Source: Vicugna vicugna
Lineage: Eukaryota
Direction: 5' to 3'
DNA: 64,000 bases
Assembly: GCA_013265495.1 (NCBI GenBank)
Contig: MU058781.1
Coordinates: 3,287,050-3,351,049 of the forward strand
Shown: positions 1 through 13,068 of the stretch, piece by piece
How the letters are laid out: every line of letters begins with the position of its first letter
Numbering within the stretch: position 1 is the first letter of the stretch
Made by a program: the position numbers and the translations under genes
The notes under the pieces: generated by a model
The model's input: only the letters and a program-made list of their open reading frames with translations
The model's database searches: none
Told to the model about the DNA's origin: nothing

Positions 1-549
1 TGATTAAAGGCCAGAGTGGGTAGTGGCATCCATGAGTTCACCAAAGCAAGCAAGTACGCAGACTAAATCCCAGGAGGAGGGTGTTTGCGAAGGGACTGGT
101 TTAGACTGGCAGAAGTCAGGGAGGAAGAAATCCCACATAGGAGGATTCACAGGAACAGGAGCAAGGGGGGGCAGGCAGCAGGCACGAGGAATTGGTTGCA
201 GGTGGGCTGGTGGGGCGGGGGGCGCCGAGCAAGATCAAGTGATAGAGATGGGACGATCAGTGCTGGGCCGAGGGGAGTGACAATAGGATTGGAGTGGAAA
301 GAGGTGTCAGAGTGTCTTGACGATAGGAAATAAAGGCTGAAGAGAAGGTTACTCCATAGCATCTAAGACAAGAGCCTAGAACGGCCATCCCCCCAGTGGA
401 AAGGGCATAGGTGTAATGGAAGGGCAGGGTGGAATGTGGGCTCATTTAAAGATTGGAGTTTTAGTTCATTCCCAGGCCTCATTTTTAATTTTCACAGAAG
501 CGCACGTTCATACGTACTATCAGCCAGGGGCAGCTCTTTGCACTTTCTG

Positions 550-685
550 TATGTGCATTCACGTATTACCATGACCTCGGAAGGCAACCTCATTTTGCAG
601 ATGAGGAAACCAAGGCTCAGAGAAGTTTAAGCTTAATCCAAATCTGGCTCCACAGTCACGCCCTTAAGTACCCAGCTATGCAGCT
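550..685 (-). mobile_element. MIR SINE fragment
   Basis: Core motif cattttgcagatgaggaaaccaaggctcagagaagttt. Confidence 0.75.
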
Positions 686-1400
686 TCTGGAGCGTGTTAT
701 GTACTCGCAGGTGCTGGGCATTTAGGCGATGTCATCTTCTGTCATCACTGGGGACGCTTACCTGCTGTTTGGTTTTCCCAACTATGAAATAAAGGGGCTG
801 AGCTTGTAACTTCTTTTCGCTCTGTCATTCCATGTCTGAATGATAGTTCTACTTACTGAACAAATCAAACCTAATTCTGTTGTTTAATTCATTATCATGG
901 AGACCTTTGTCTTAAAAAGAGAAACTGCTTTTCAGATGTTGTCTTCCTTTTGAGGCCTTGCTTGGCCCAGGAGGAGATATCCCTTCCCTGGACTCCCAGG
1001 CCCCTGGGCGTAGTGCAGGGAAAGCCTCTTTGCTGTCTGTGTACCTGTTTTTCTCCTGCTCACCTGGGAGCTCCCAGAGGGCGAGACTGTGTTGTATTCA
1101 TTTTTGTATTCCTGGCACGTAACTTGTTCCCAGTAGATGATCAATCATTGCTTTTGTGTGTTGTTTGGCTTCTTAATGATTTCAGAGCGAGGTAATCAGA
1201 CTCCGTAAGTTTGACTTGTGTAATATTACCATGCTGCAAGCTCTTTCCTGAAGAGAAGGATGGTATTAGTCCTCAGGATGGCTACGAAAATAGAAGCAGG
1301 AGGTCATAATGAAAGGAAATGAAGCTGCTTACCCAGGAAGTGGAGAGCAAAGGACTTCAGTGCTTAGCAGTGTGGCGCGCAGGGTGGCGTTGAGTTTACA

Positions 1401-1599
1401 CAGGTGTCAGCAGACTTTTTCTGTAAAGGGCCAGGCAAGTAAACGTTCTAGGCTTTAACCATGTGGTCTCTGTTGCAACTTCTCAACTCTGCTGTTGTAG
1501 CCCCAAAGCAGCCACGGGCAATATATAAATATATATAAATCTGTGTTCCAGTAACATTTTATTTACAAAGCCAGGCAGCAAGCCAGGTTTAAACCCCTG
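1401..1599 (-). mobile_element. MER58-like hAT-Charlie MITE
   Basis: caggtgtcagcagactttttctgtaaagggccag ... aaacccctg termini; reverse-complement homologue at 12857-13068. Confidence 0.8.
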
Positions 1600-1629
1600 G
1601 TGTAGGCTCTCAGATTTTACAGGACACAG

Positions 1630-1815
1630 ACCCCAGCTGTGCCACTTGCTGTGTGGTCTTGTTCAGAGTAAGCCTCAGTTTCTGCATCTGTAAAATGATG
1701 ACTCTCACAGCATCCACGCTTAGGGCTGGTGGTAGGATCAAATTAGATAATGTAAATAGAGTATTTGGCACTGACCCTAGCGTATAGTAAGCACTCAATA
1801 AGTGGTGGCTATTAC
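1630..1815 (+). mobile_element. MIR SINE
   Basis: agcctcagtttctgcatctgtaaaatg ... tagtaagcactcaataag. Confidence 0.8.
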
Positions 1816-2566
1816 TGTAATTATTATACATATTCTTGATACCCTCTGGGCTTTTTTCCTTCTTGTTTTGTATTCTGTTAAGTGAGTTCGGATTGAATTC
1901 ATGCATGTGAGTGCTGTGGTCAGATGCTTGATTTGCCCTCATTTCCTATCGGCAGACTTCCTGAGTTTGAAGAATGGTAAGGAGAACTTCTGTAGTTGCT
2001 GCCCCCTAGGACTGCTGTGAGCACAGAATGCACGTGCAGTAATTCACACAGTGCCTGGGACATGGCATTCCGTATGTTATAGCTAAAAGGGGGAAGAAGT
2101 TGGTACTGTACGTTTTCAGAATGAGGAATGGAAAGACATTCACTAATTACTTAGAAATCTTGTGGCACTTCAGTGAAATAGGAGTTCTTTGGGGAGGTTT
2201 CAGCATTCAGTATACATAAATGGCTTCATTTTTTTACATTTGGAATCGATTAATTGCTTGGCTCTGTTGATGAATGCTTTCCTACAGTGGAATCTACTGC
2301 TCACAAACTAGGAACTTTAAAACAAGTCAAGGCATTTGCTTTTCAAAATGCGTCTGTTTTTATTAGAACAAGATAAATCACACAGGCAAAACAGCTGTCT
2401 GTTGGTCGTAAAGAACAGTCTGTTTTACATATTGGGAGCACTCGCTGTGAATGGTCATATATGCACTGAGTCAGTGATGGAGCAGTAATATATACAGGAG
2501 GCAAAAGCAGAGCTTGTTGGCCGAAGCCTGGCTTCTTCTGAGTCATGTGTTCTAAGTTACAGACCG

Positions 2567-2798
2567 CAAGGTTTCAGTCTTGGCACTCTTGATGTTTTGG
2601 GCCATGTAATTCTTCATTATGGTAGGCTGTCCTGTGCACTGTACGATGTTTAGCAACATCCTGGCCTCTGTCCACCAGATGTCAGTAACACCTCTCCACC
2701 CCAGTTGTCGCAACCAAAATATTTACAAATATTGTCAAGTGTCTCCCCTGCCTCCTTGCCTCCCCCCACCCCCCGCCGCCCCAATTAAGAACCACAGG
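2567..2798 (-). mobile_element. MER20 hAT-Charlie element
   Basis: ggctgtcctgtgcactgtacgatgtttagcaacatcctggcctc ... ttaagaaccac; opposite-orientation copy at 61019. Confidence 0.85.
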
Positions 2799-3919
2799 AG
2801 TAGACTAATGATTAAACAGTGCCTGGAGACAACATGGCCCTGTATATCCAAGCAATGATTAGTTATCCCCATGGAAACATACATGCCAGATTTCTCAGAT
2901 AGTCTTACTTTTTTCTTTTCTTAATTTCAAAAATTTGGTGACCCAACAAATATGCCTAGGCTTGGAAGCCCACTTCAGCTGATTTTCTTAAATTTGAAAA
3001 TAGGGTGACCATCCCTCTGCAGTATTTGTCTTGTTTGGGGATGAAGGTTTGAAGATGTTTACTGTATCATTGTTCATGTTTAGTCTCCGTGAATTTTGTT
3101 TAGACAAATAGTGGGTGCACTTCATACCAATGAATGATAGTAAATGTAATTATATCCTGAGAGTGACAGAAGTTTGCTTTCGTTTAATTGAAACAAATTT
3201 CACTTAAAACTTTAAGCAGAAGAGCACAATGTTTTGGTCTGGTTTTTTCCATATTGGTGCTTAAGGTAAAGCTTTTTTTTGTGGGGGGTGGTTCACATGT
3301 ATCATCACTGCTGGTTGGTTTAGTTACATTTTATGTGACTGGGAAGGGATGGCCTTTTGGAGTACATGAGTATTGTTCTGTCTACCAAGATACCTTTGCA
3401 GGTAATTACTGGCACGTTGGCTGTATTACCTGAAGCAGGTTCCTTTATCATTAGGGTGCATACCATTTGTAAAATAAGGCTGACATGATTCATGTCTTAA
3501 AACAAGTATCAAAAATTACCAGTTTTCTTTTAAACTCACCGTTGCCCAAGTAAAGGTAGCAAGAAAACTGAATCTGTGTTCGTACTTCTTAGTACACCTT
3601 ACACCAAGTGCTGCATGACAGTGTGGCTGTTTAATAAGATAAGTTATAGGGGATATTGAGAAAGGTGTCAGGTTTTAAATTATGGCTTAAAGGTATTTGT
3701 GGCAGAACATGCCTATAGTTTTTCTGTATTGCTATTCTGAGACTTACGGCATTTACGAGTCTGATGAAACACCAAATTTTTGGCATCAGGTAGAGGAATT
3801 CAGAAATATATTTTACCTAATGTTGTAGAATAATTACCTGTGGAGATACTTTTCTAATATTGTATAGATTGGGAATAATTTTGCCAAATTATTCCTGGAC
3901 TATTCTATATTTACTGTTT

Positions 3920-4188
3920 TTTTAACCTTTTTTAAAAAATGTATTTTATTGAAGTATAGTCAGTTTACGATGTGGTTACCAGAGGGGGAAGGGATAAATT
4001 GGGAGTTCGAGATACTAACTAATATATATATAAAGTAGATAAATAAGTTCATACTGTATAGTACAGGAAACTATATTCAATATCGTTTAGTAATTTATGG
4101 TGAAAAAGAATATGAAAACAAGTATATGTATGTTCATGTATGACTGAGCATTATACTGAACACTAGAAATTGACACAACATTGTAAAC
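3920..4188 (-). mobile_element. Short lineage-specific L1 3' end with 5' inversion
   Basis: T-rich tail and antisense terminus at 3920-3973 joined to a sense 3' UTR piece at 3974-4188; 9-bp TSD ttactgttt (3911-3919, 4189-4197); homologous to 16138-16380. Confidence 0.85.
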
Positions 4189-7100
4189 TTACTGTTTATT
4201 GAAGAGATTCATCTTCCACTGAACAGCAGTACCTTGAAAAATAATTGTGGCTTATGGTATTATATATTTTTAGAAAGTTGGGTTTCCCAAAACAATGATT
4301 TTAAGCTCACCTATTTGTTTTTCTTTCCTGAATTTGTGTACATGTAATAATTTGCCTTTATGTCCCTCCTCTTTTATAATGCTTGATTTTAAAGAACTGT
4401 GTAAGTAAATGACCAAGTACCTGTCCATTTTGAGCTTAGTTCTTCTGAGGTCCTGGCTGAATAAAGCCTATTGTTGCTGTGTTTACAACAGTATTTTCTA
4501 GGTTCTTTTAGTATGTGCAGAATATCCCTTGTGCCCTGTATATTTATGTGATATTTACTAACTCTGTCTCAAATTTTTATACTGTTTGAGACTACAGATG
4601 ATATGAGAGAGGTTTTTTGTTGCTATTGTTTGTTATTATTTTGAAACTATGATCAGAATTTCCAGTTAAAATCTCAATTTTATGAAAATTTACTTTTCCT
4701 GAGTGTCCTGAAAATGAACCTAACTTCTCCTTATTTATAAGGAGAAAAATCTTTGGAGAACTAGTAGCTGATTAACAACCAAATGAGCTAAAATTTCTCC
4801 ACGATCATATAAATACAGCATTGGTGCATATTCTTGTCATCAAAAGGGCCAATGGCTGCATTACTCAGTGCCCTCCCTCCCTCCAGATCCCCCCAACTTA
4901 AGAATAACTCAAAAAATTGTCTTCAAATGCTTAAATTTTAGATTTTTAACACCAGCAAAATATTTACCATTGCCTTTTTACAAGGAACTGACAAGTGAGG
5001 GTATTGTCCCTTCGTTCTAGCCCCAACTAAATTGTAGATTTGTAACTATTTGAGCTTATTTTTCATTTTCAGAGTACAATAACTGCATCTACTTGACCTG
5101 TTCTAGTTGCTGGTATCATGATAGCACTATACAAAAAGTATTGCCAGAGTTTTAGGGACAAGTTGTCTTGTATGGGCACATTCTGCTATAATGTACCATT
5201 ATATTATTCTTTCTAGAAACAGCCGTACGTAACAGTTGTTGGCAATTAGACATTAACAAAAAAATTAAGACCAACACGTAATACTGTTTGTTTCCAGCTG
5301 TTTATCCTAGTTGATCAAGTTCAGAACCAGAAAGGAAAATTCTGTATGTGGTATTGATTCAGTCTGCCAGAATTTTTGAAGCTTAATTCATGCAAATCTG
5401 ACTACTGTCATTCTGAAACTTTTACAGTTGAAATTGTTCTAGAAAAGAACTTTCTTGATGCTTTAAGGATAGAACTCACTTGCCTACTTCCTGTCCCACA
5501 GATTGCCCTAAACAAAGTGCTAGCTTACAGTTTTTAATAAAATTGTCTATTCTTTATACTGAGTTATGATAGAGCAAAACGTTCCCAAGAAACACTTCTG
5601 CTAAAATTTCTGCATGACCTTATCTTTGGGAAAACCTGAAAATCATTTTCTCCGCATCTTGTCTAAGCTGTGTGTGATTATGTGTGTTTCACTATCTTGT
5701 GAGCACTGCTGAAGAGTCAGGGCTCATCCTTGTCTGCTTTACAAAGCTGTACAGAAAGCACATGCTCAGTAAATGTTGCTTGAATTGAATTCATAAAAGG
5801 CAGTTTGTTGGGGGAGCCAATTTTTGATAAAGTCCTTAATATAGATTTTCCCCCCTCCAAACCACTTCCTCCCATAGTTTATCTTAGAAGTTCAGTTATT
5901 GCTCTCTTGGTGAGCCGAGAAAGATCTAAAAATGAACAGCTACTGTCTTTTCCCCAGTGGATGTGTGGCTGAGTTCTCCAGAAAGTTTTTTTTAATCTCT
6001 CATGGGCTTTGGGGTTGTGGTTGTATCTCGGTGTTACAGAGGGTACGTATTTGTGGGACTTAAATTTTCTGTGTCTTCTCCATTTGCTTCTCACCTGGCT
6101 TGTCCTCCGGAGTTGAGTCTGTCTTGAAGCCATTCCATTCTGTAACTGCGTCTAATTTTTAAGTAAACATGAAAAGGAAAAGTTATATTTGCATTTGAGC
6201 CAGTATGAATGGCAAAAATTTACTTTTCTGGGGAGCAGAGAGCCAGGAAATAGATGAAGAAATCACCTTCAATGTTTCTTGAAGGATAGTTTAACAAATA
6301 TCAAATACTGTTGGAAAGCCTATGAAAATATTGACTTCGTGGTGTCGAATTTCTTTCTGCTTAGTGGATCTACCCGAGATCTCAGGCAGTTTCTGTTTAG
6401 GTACATGCCCCTGAAGCCTGCAAAGAATTCATGGCGTTTTGCTTTGTGCTTTGTGTGATCGTGTTGTGTATATATTTGAATTACCCTTTGCTTTTTCAGT
6501 CAACTTAGCTCTAAAATTAAAATCCAAATTATTTTCCCCAAGACAAAAACTAATTGTAACTATGTCTTATTAACCACCTAGCAGGTTCTGTTGTTTTAAT
6601 TAGTTTATAAAGACTGCACTTCCACTTCTCAGGAGAGTGCCATTTTCATGTAAATTAAATCCTACATTAAATCCTAGGATAAAGACAAGTTTGGCATCCA
6701 ATTAAATTTGAAAGTATTACGTACACCCTCCTCTTATAATGAGTTCCTTCCCTTCCCTGCCTCCACTGTTTAGAAAGGAGTTATCTCCTTTTGAAATATT
6801 AATATTCCAGAAAAGTTTTATGTGGTTGATTTTTCTTTTAACTTGGCCAGCCATTTTAGTACTGTTCTAGTTTTTGTTTAAAAATCCCTATAACTCTATT
6901 TTAAAATATGATAAATTTGCTAGGTAAGAATGTCACGGCAATATTTTTATATTTAAGATATAATTTTATGGTGATTTGTAATAATAATAATATTTATTGG
7001 GCTCTTAACTATGACCAGGAACTGTATTCTTCATGTTGGTACATTCTCTCGTGTAATACAATAACCTGTAAAGAAGATACTGTCAATCCCATTTTAAAGT

Positions 7101-8289
7101 GAAGAAATTTGCCTTAATTCATGAGGCTGATGTCTGTCCACTCCAAAGCCAGGCTTTTAAATGCTGCATCACGCATATACCAGTGATAGCCTCTGGTAGG
7201 AGAGGTCACGTTCAGTTACCAGTAATTCCTTTATGCTCTGTATACTCAGCCACACCTCTGCTAAGTACCATTGGTAGATTTCTGTTACACTGAACCACAA
7301 ATGCAATATTCACATTATAATAATGGCAACAGACTTTTCGTGATAGAATCATCACAATGGCTAATATGCTAGATACCAAAATAAATGCTTCACATATATT
7401 CATTCTTCGTAACAACTTAAGAGACAGGTTCTCTTGGATTCTCTATTGTACACAGGTAGATATTGGGGCTTTGCCCAGAGCTTGTAAATGGCAGAGACGG
7501 GGTCACATCCAATCCACCCCCTCTTCAGAAAATAAAATTATAGAGAAAGTTAAGTTCATCTCTAACTTTATGACCCAACTAGAACCACTGTGTAACCAAG
7601 TTTCTTCTTCCAGATCCTATGCTTATGGGTAGATAGATAGTAAGTAAACTTCTCTTTTAGAAAAGCCACATTATACTATATATAATTTGTGGCAACTTAT
7701 TTTCCACTGAACAGGAAACCATGACAGTTCTCAAGTCAATAATTAGAGATGTCCATCATCATTTTTAAGGGCCAGATCGTTGTATGTTCCATGGTTGTCC
7801 CTTAATTTAATCCGTCGTGATTGGACCATTTGGGTTACTGTCTTTTTATGCTGTTAAGATGCAAATGGAGTTTAGTTTATGACGTTACCCTTCAACAGTA
7901 TATCAGACTTGACCCAGGTTTGCAAATATCTGGTGCCGTATGGGACAATCTTTTGTGAAAAGCCAGTGATTATGTTGAAGCAAAAGCTTCAGTTCAGTCC
8001 AATTTGGGATAGTACTTAGAACCGAGACAACTCTTCTCAGAAACGTGACAGCCTCCCATCTATCCCTTGCATGGGAGACAGTTCTCCTTGTGTCGTTTCT
8101 GCCTGCGGCTGAGAGGGAGACACTGTCTCCTATCCCACAGCCCCATCTCTAGCCACGGCTCTGCCTGCACGTAAATAAAGGGTGAATCACAGTTACAGTG
8201 GTTTGTCCTTACTGTGAACGTTCCAGGAGCCGGGCTCTGGCGTGCGTGTATATAACATCTCCTATCTTGTCTTTTTCTAAGAAACTTTC

Positions 8290-9800
8290 ATTCATTTGCT
8301 TGCTCAAGAAATATTTGCTGATCATTTCCTATGTGTCATAAATGGTCCTTGCTCTTCAGAGGAATTAATCTAGCAGGGGCAGGTCAATTAGGATGCTTTT
8401 GGCTGCAGGAAGGAGGACCCTGTGCATCTTGGCCTGAAACAGTGAAGTCATTTATTGTCTTACGGAATAAATTTGAAAGTGGAGCAGGCTTTCGGGCACA
8501 ATTCCATTGCCCCGTGAGTCTCTCCTCTGGCCTCCTGAGTTCAGGACTCCTTTCTCAGGCTGGTGGCAAGATGGCTGTCAGTGGAGGCCTTATATCCTGG
8601 CACCACCGTGAAGAGAGGTAGAAATAAGACTGTCTTTTGATGTCTCTAAGAGCAAGGAAGCCATCCTTAGGAGCCTGGCTGCCTGTACAGGTGCCACTTA
8701 CGGATCTCAGTGGCCAGACGTGCTCAGGCTCCCCACCCTTTAATCAGTCATTGATCAAAGATCCACCTTGTGGTGCTGTGGCTGGGACCTACCTCCCAGA
8801 AGCTTGTGGTCCTGTGGAGAAGGGATGGACAGGTGAGCAGGGTGATACTCTGGGTTCTGTTAAGAGGGAAGATGAGCAGAAAGTGGCATGACATTCTGTC
8901 AAAGAGGAAACTGACGTTCAGAAGTGAAACAAGTAATTAATCATCCAGGCAGAGGGAATGGCAGATGTGAAGACTTTGACGCAGAAATGATGTGTCTCTT
9001 GTTGTGTTGAAAGAAAACAAAGCTGAGCAGGGCTGGAGCCAGTGCATGGGGCAGATCATGTCCCTCTGACTCTGGGACCTTCTGAGAGAGGATGACTCAA
9101 CAGCGGGTTAGAGCAGGGCAGTGTCGTGCTTTAGTTCAGTTGATGAGAGATTCCTGGGCTGCTGTGTGAAGGGCCTGGAGGTGACCGGCAGGAGTAAGAA
9201 CACAGAAGTGAGTGATGTGGAAAATGGTCTGACCTGAGGAGTGAAGTGGGGAGAGTTCAGACATAATGTAAGAGTGAGTTTTGACCATTCTTGGTGATGA
9301 ATTGGATTGAGGGGGGTGAGGGAAGAGGTGATGTCGAGATTGACTCAGGTTTCCCTCTGAGCAGGTAGGTAACTGGCATTGCCGTTACTGAAGAATGATC
9401 AGATTGAGAGTAAAAACAATTCACTTTAAATAAAGTGAATTTGAGGTGCCTGTGAAATATTTAGAGAAGAGTAGTGATAGTAGTAGAGGTTTAGATGCCA
9501 CTCACAGTCTTTATTTGTATAAAATATTTGAGTTTTCCCAGTAACTCAGTGAGGTAGATACTGTTTCTGTCCCCACTTTACAAATGTGATAACTGAGACC
9601 CAGAGAAGTTAAGTAACTTGGCCAGAGTCACACAGCTAGTAAGTGCAGTGTTGGTTAGAAGAACCTTCTAGGCTGCAACGGTAAATGTAGAAATATCTAG
9701 CTTATCCATGCTAATGAAAGCCATAAGAGTAAATGACACTGTCTAGGGAGAGCTGAACCCTGGGATTTAAATCAAAGTCTGAGATAGAAAAGGACAATAG
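8290..9800 (-). mobile_element. Degraded L2 interrupted by an MLT1-type LTR (~8380-8890) and a MIR (~9520-9650)
   Basis: L2 3' end cattcatttg...atatttgctga; purine-rich L2 body (gagtttgaggtgcctgtg-like); MIR core cccactttacaaatgtgataactgagacccagagaagttaagtaacttg. Confidence 0.6.
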
Positions 9801-10042
9801 AGGAGAGGGAGAAGGGGGAAGGGAGGAAGAAAGTCTTCGTATAGTTTGGCTTTTTAAAATGAATGTTAGTGTTAAAATAAAAAACATGAAAGAATTTGAC
9901 TCCTTTACAAACTAAGAAAGAAGCTGGTTATAAACAGTTCTGAAACTCCACCAGAGAGTGTGTGGAATATGGACATGGATGTTAGCCCTTGCTGTTCCGC
10001 CGCTTAAACTATAGTTTATAAAAACTTAAGTTGCTTCTGAAG

Positions 10043-10531
10043 CATTAGGGTAAGATTCAGCTGCATAGAACTTGTAAACTCAGAACAGTAGTAGTTTAAA
10101 CAAGATAGGGGCTTATTTCTCTCCCGCAGAAAAGTGCAGAGGCAGCCAGTTCAAAGCTCTCTGTATGATGGCTCCACACAGTTCCTAAGGACCAAGGTGC
10201 CACCTAACTTACTGCTCCTTCTTTACTATGACGTGGCCTCTGTCCTCATAGTGGCTGCCAAGTTCCAGCCACCACGTCTCTGCTTTAGAAAACTGGATGA
10301 ACAGAAAAGTGGACTGAAGAAATGGCACATCCCTTCCCTGTAAGCAGACATCTCAGAAGTTGCTCACAACACTTCAGCTTATATATAAGCTCAAGTCAAA
10401 GCTTGGTAACGTGGCCACACCTCTTCTCAGAGAAGCCCAGGAAGCGGTCTTCAGCTTGGCAAAACACCAGGAAGCTTTCACTAAAGAGGAAGGGAAGGAT
10501 GGATATTGGCGGCAACCAGCCGTCTCTGCCA
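10043..10531 (-). mobile_element. MLT1J-like MaLR solo LTR
   Basis: ttagggtaagattcagctgc ... ggatggatattggcggcaaccagccgtctctgcca. Confidence 0.65.
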
Positions 10532-12579
10532 TTGTCAGTTTGCTCTTTTATAAAGTAGGGATTAAAATATTTGCTTTACTTTTCTTGTTGATTTGTTGTA
10601 GGGATCAGATGATACAATAATGGGCAAGTGCTTGATAAATGAGAAAAAGTTATTCAAAAAGTTGCTGTGAGAATGACCATTAACTCCTGCACACAGTAGA
10701 CATTTGTATTTTGGATGAGAAAATCCTGAAGCCCGTTAAGATTTTTCACTAATTTGTTAAGTTCAAAGCAGGGCATGTGAACTGGGGGCAAGAGAACATT
10801 TTTCTACAAATCTTGTGTTCCAATGGCAAAGCTTCCTTTTTCTTTCAGAATCAATTTCAGAATATCCAAGATTGATATTTGATTAGCTCTGCGGTAAAAT
10901 GTCTTGTCAGTATTGCCTACTGTGTGCTGAATCTAGGCACTGTCCAAGGAATGCTGTCTATTCGATAAACTGGGAGAATTATCTGTAGGGACAGAAGTTA
11001 TATCATTAACCCATCTGGTCTTCACCATTCTGACTTAGTGGTAATATAACAAGGATTCCAGCCAGGATCCCTCATGGTGACTGCATTTAAGGGAATGGCT
11101 CTATCATTCAGAAACTAGTTGCCATCATCATTAAGAAACTGACTGCAAAGTTAGCAGGGTGTTTTAGGTACTGAAGCTACATATGGTGCCTGGAGATTCA
11201 GGCATGGATAAAAGCAAATGAAGTTCTTCTCCCTGTTAAACTCTAGAGTAGGCGGGAATTATCTGTGAATAATAGATATGCTTTTAAAATTCTGAGTTTG
11301 GCTCCAGAAACAGATGTTGCTTTTGCATTAAACAGTGACCTTTAAGATTATTAAAGGTCACACAGAGCAAGGAATTTCTATTATCTTTCATTGTGTATGT
11401 GCTTTATATGCCTATATCAATTTCAAATTCATCTAAAATTGGAATAGTGTTTGCTTTTGTGTAGTCCTTTGCATTTTAGGATTTTAGAGAGTAGGAGCTT
11501 CATCTTTTCTTTCCTTAACTCCCCTATACCATAAACTTGAGTTGTGAAATAGATGTGTAACAAAGGTTTGCTGAAAGTGCCTGAAGGTACAGATTTAAGG
11601 AGAGAGGCCTGAACTCAGTCTGTACCTTAGGACACCTTTTGTCCCTTCCCTTGACCTGATGCCTTATCGTTTAATGCCTGGAAACTTCAGAAAGGGGGAA
11701 ATACCATATTGCAAGTAAAGTGCATAAACATGTGTGTGATTAAGTCAAGTTTTGGAAACAAAGTGTTAAAGGTTTATTGCAGACCTTCTCTGAGTCTTAA
11801 AAAGGCTAAATTGTGATGGGATTCTTCGAGAAGAGAAAATCGCATGTTAATCATAAATTGTAGGGAAACAAATTTAGGAAGTTTGATACCCTACCTACAT
11901 AATGGGCAGGTTATGAAGCTCTAATGCGATAACAGACGTCAAAGCACTTGGAAAGAATAAAGCACTCTTTAAAGAATTCCCGGTGATTCGAGGATTTGGG
12001 GGCTGCTGATGGTGCGGGAACAACTTCATTTTCTACACTGGGGATCCTCCTTTTTAGCCAGCCACCTGAAGGCTGTGGATTTAACTGGGGCGATGGGAGT
12101 AGAATTCTAGCTTCTGTGGGAATGCTCTGGTATGTTTCTCTGTGATCATCAGAACTCTGGCGTCAGAATTACCTGGGATGCTTATTATGCATTCATATCC
12201 TGGTTCAGCAGATGTAAGATGGAAATTAGTGATCAAAAATTTTTACAGATAACTTCATTTGATTCTTGTATCAGCCTTGCGGCGGGGCGGGGTGGGGTGC
12301 AGTCTCGGCATAGTTCAGAGCCTCCAAAACTTTAAAAATTCATGTAATTCCTTAAAGGACAGCCTAGGGTGAAGAGGTAAGGAACTGTACCCCTAGAGGA
12401 CCCCTTATTGGCCAGGTGGTCTGCCTAGTACCAGAGGAGACTTCATTTATAGATAACTTTCATTGAGCGCCTCTTCTTTGCCCCAAAGAAGTACTTTTAA
12501 GTACATACCTGTTAATCCTTACAAGACAGTGTTGTCTGCACGTGAAAGAGAAAACTCGTGGTACTTTCCTGAGGTCACA

Positions 12580-12850
12580 GTTAACTTGTTAGAACCCTTT
12601 GGGTTGCAAGTGAAAGCAAACCCAACCCACCCTGGCTTAAGTAACAAAGAGAATTTATTGGTTCACGTCAGGAAAATGTCCAGGGTTAGAATGGTTTCAG
12701 GCATGGCTGGATCCAGGGGCCCAAATGATGTAATGAGGTCCCAGTCCCACCTGAGCGATCCTTCCCTCAGCTCTTTTTTCTTCTAGTGGCTCAGTTCTCA
12801 GGCAGGCTGTCTCCTCAAGGTGGTAGAAAGACTACCAGCCACTCTACTCT
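12580..12850 (-). mobile_element. MLT1K/L-like MaLR LTR fragment
   Basis: ctggcttaagtaacaaagagaatttattggttcacgt ... ttcaggcatggctggatccagggg. Confidence 0.65.
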
Positions 12851-12856
12851 ATAGGA

Positions 12857-13068
12857 CAAGCGTTGGTAAACTATGGTCCCAAAGGCTGGCTGCCTATTTT
12901 GGTAAATAAAAAATTTTTGGAACACAGCCACGCCCATTTGTGTACATTTGTCTACAACTGCTTTCATGTTGCAACAGCAGAAGTGAACATTTGCAGCAGA
13001 AGTGTATGGGCCCGTAAAGCCCAAAGTAGTTATGATTTGGCTTTACAGAAAGAGTTTGCTGACCCCTG
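12857..13068 (+). mobile_element. MER58-like hAT-Charlie MITE
   Basis: ttggtaaactatgg ... ggaacacagccacgcccattt ... aaagagtttgctgacccctg. Confidence 0.85.

Noticed and set aside
12279..12300. GC-box or G-quadruplex as a promoter
   Set aside because: Only three GGGG runs and no surrounding CpG island.
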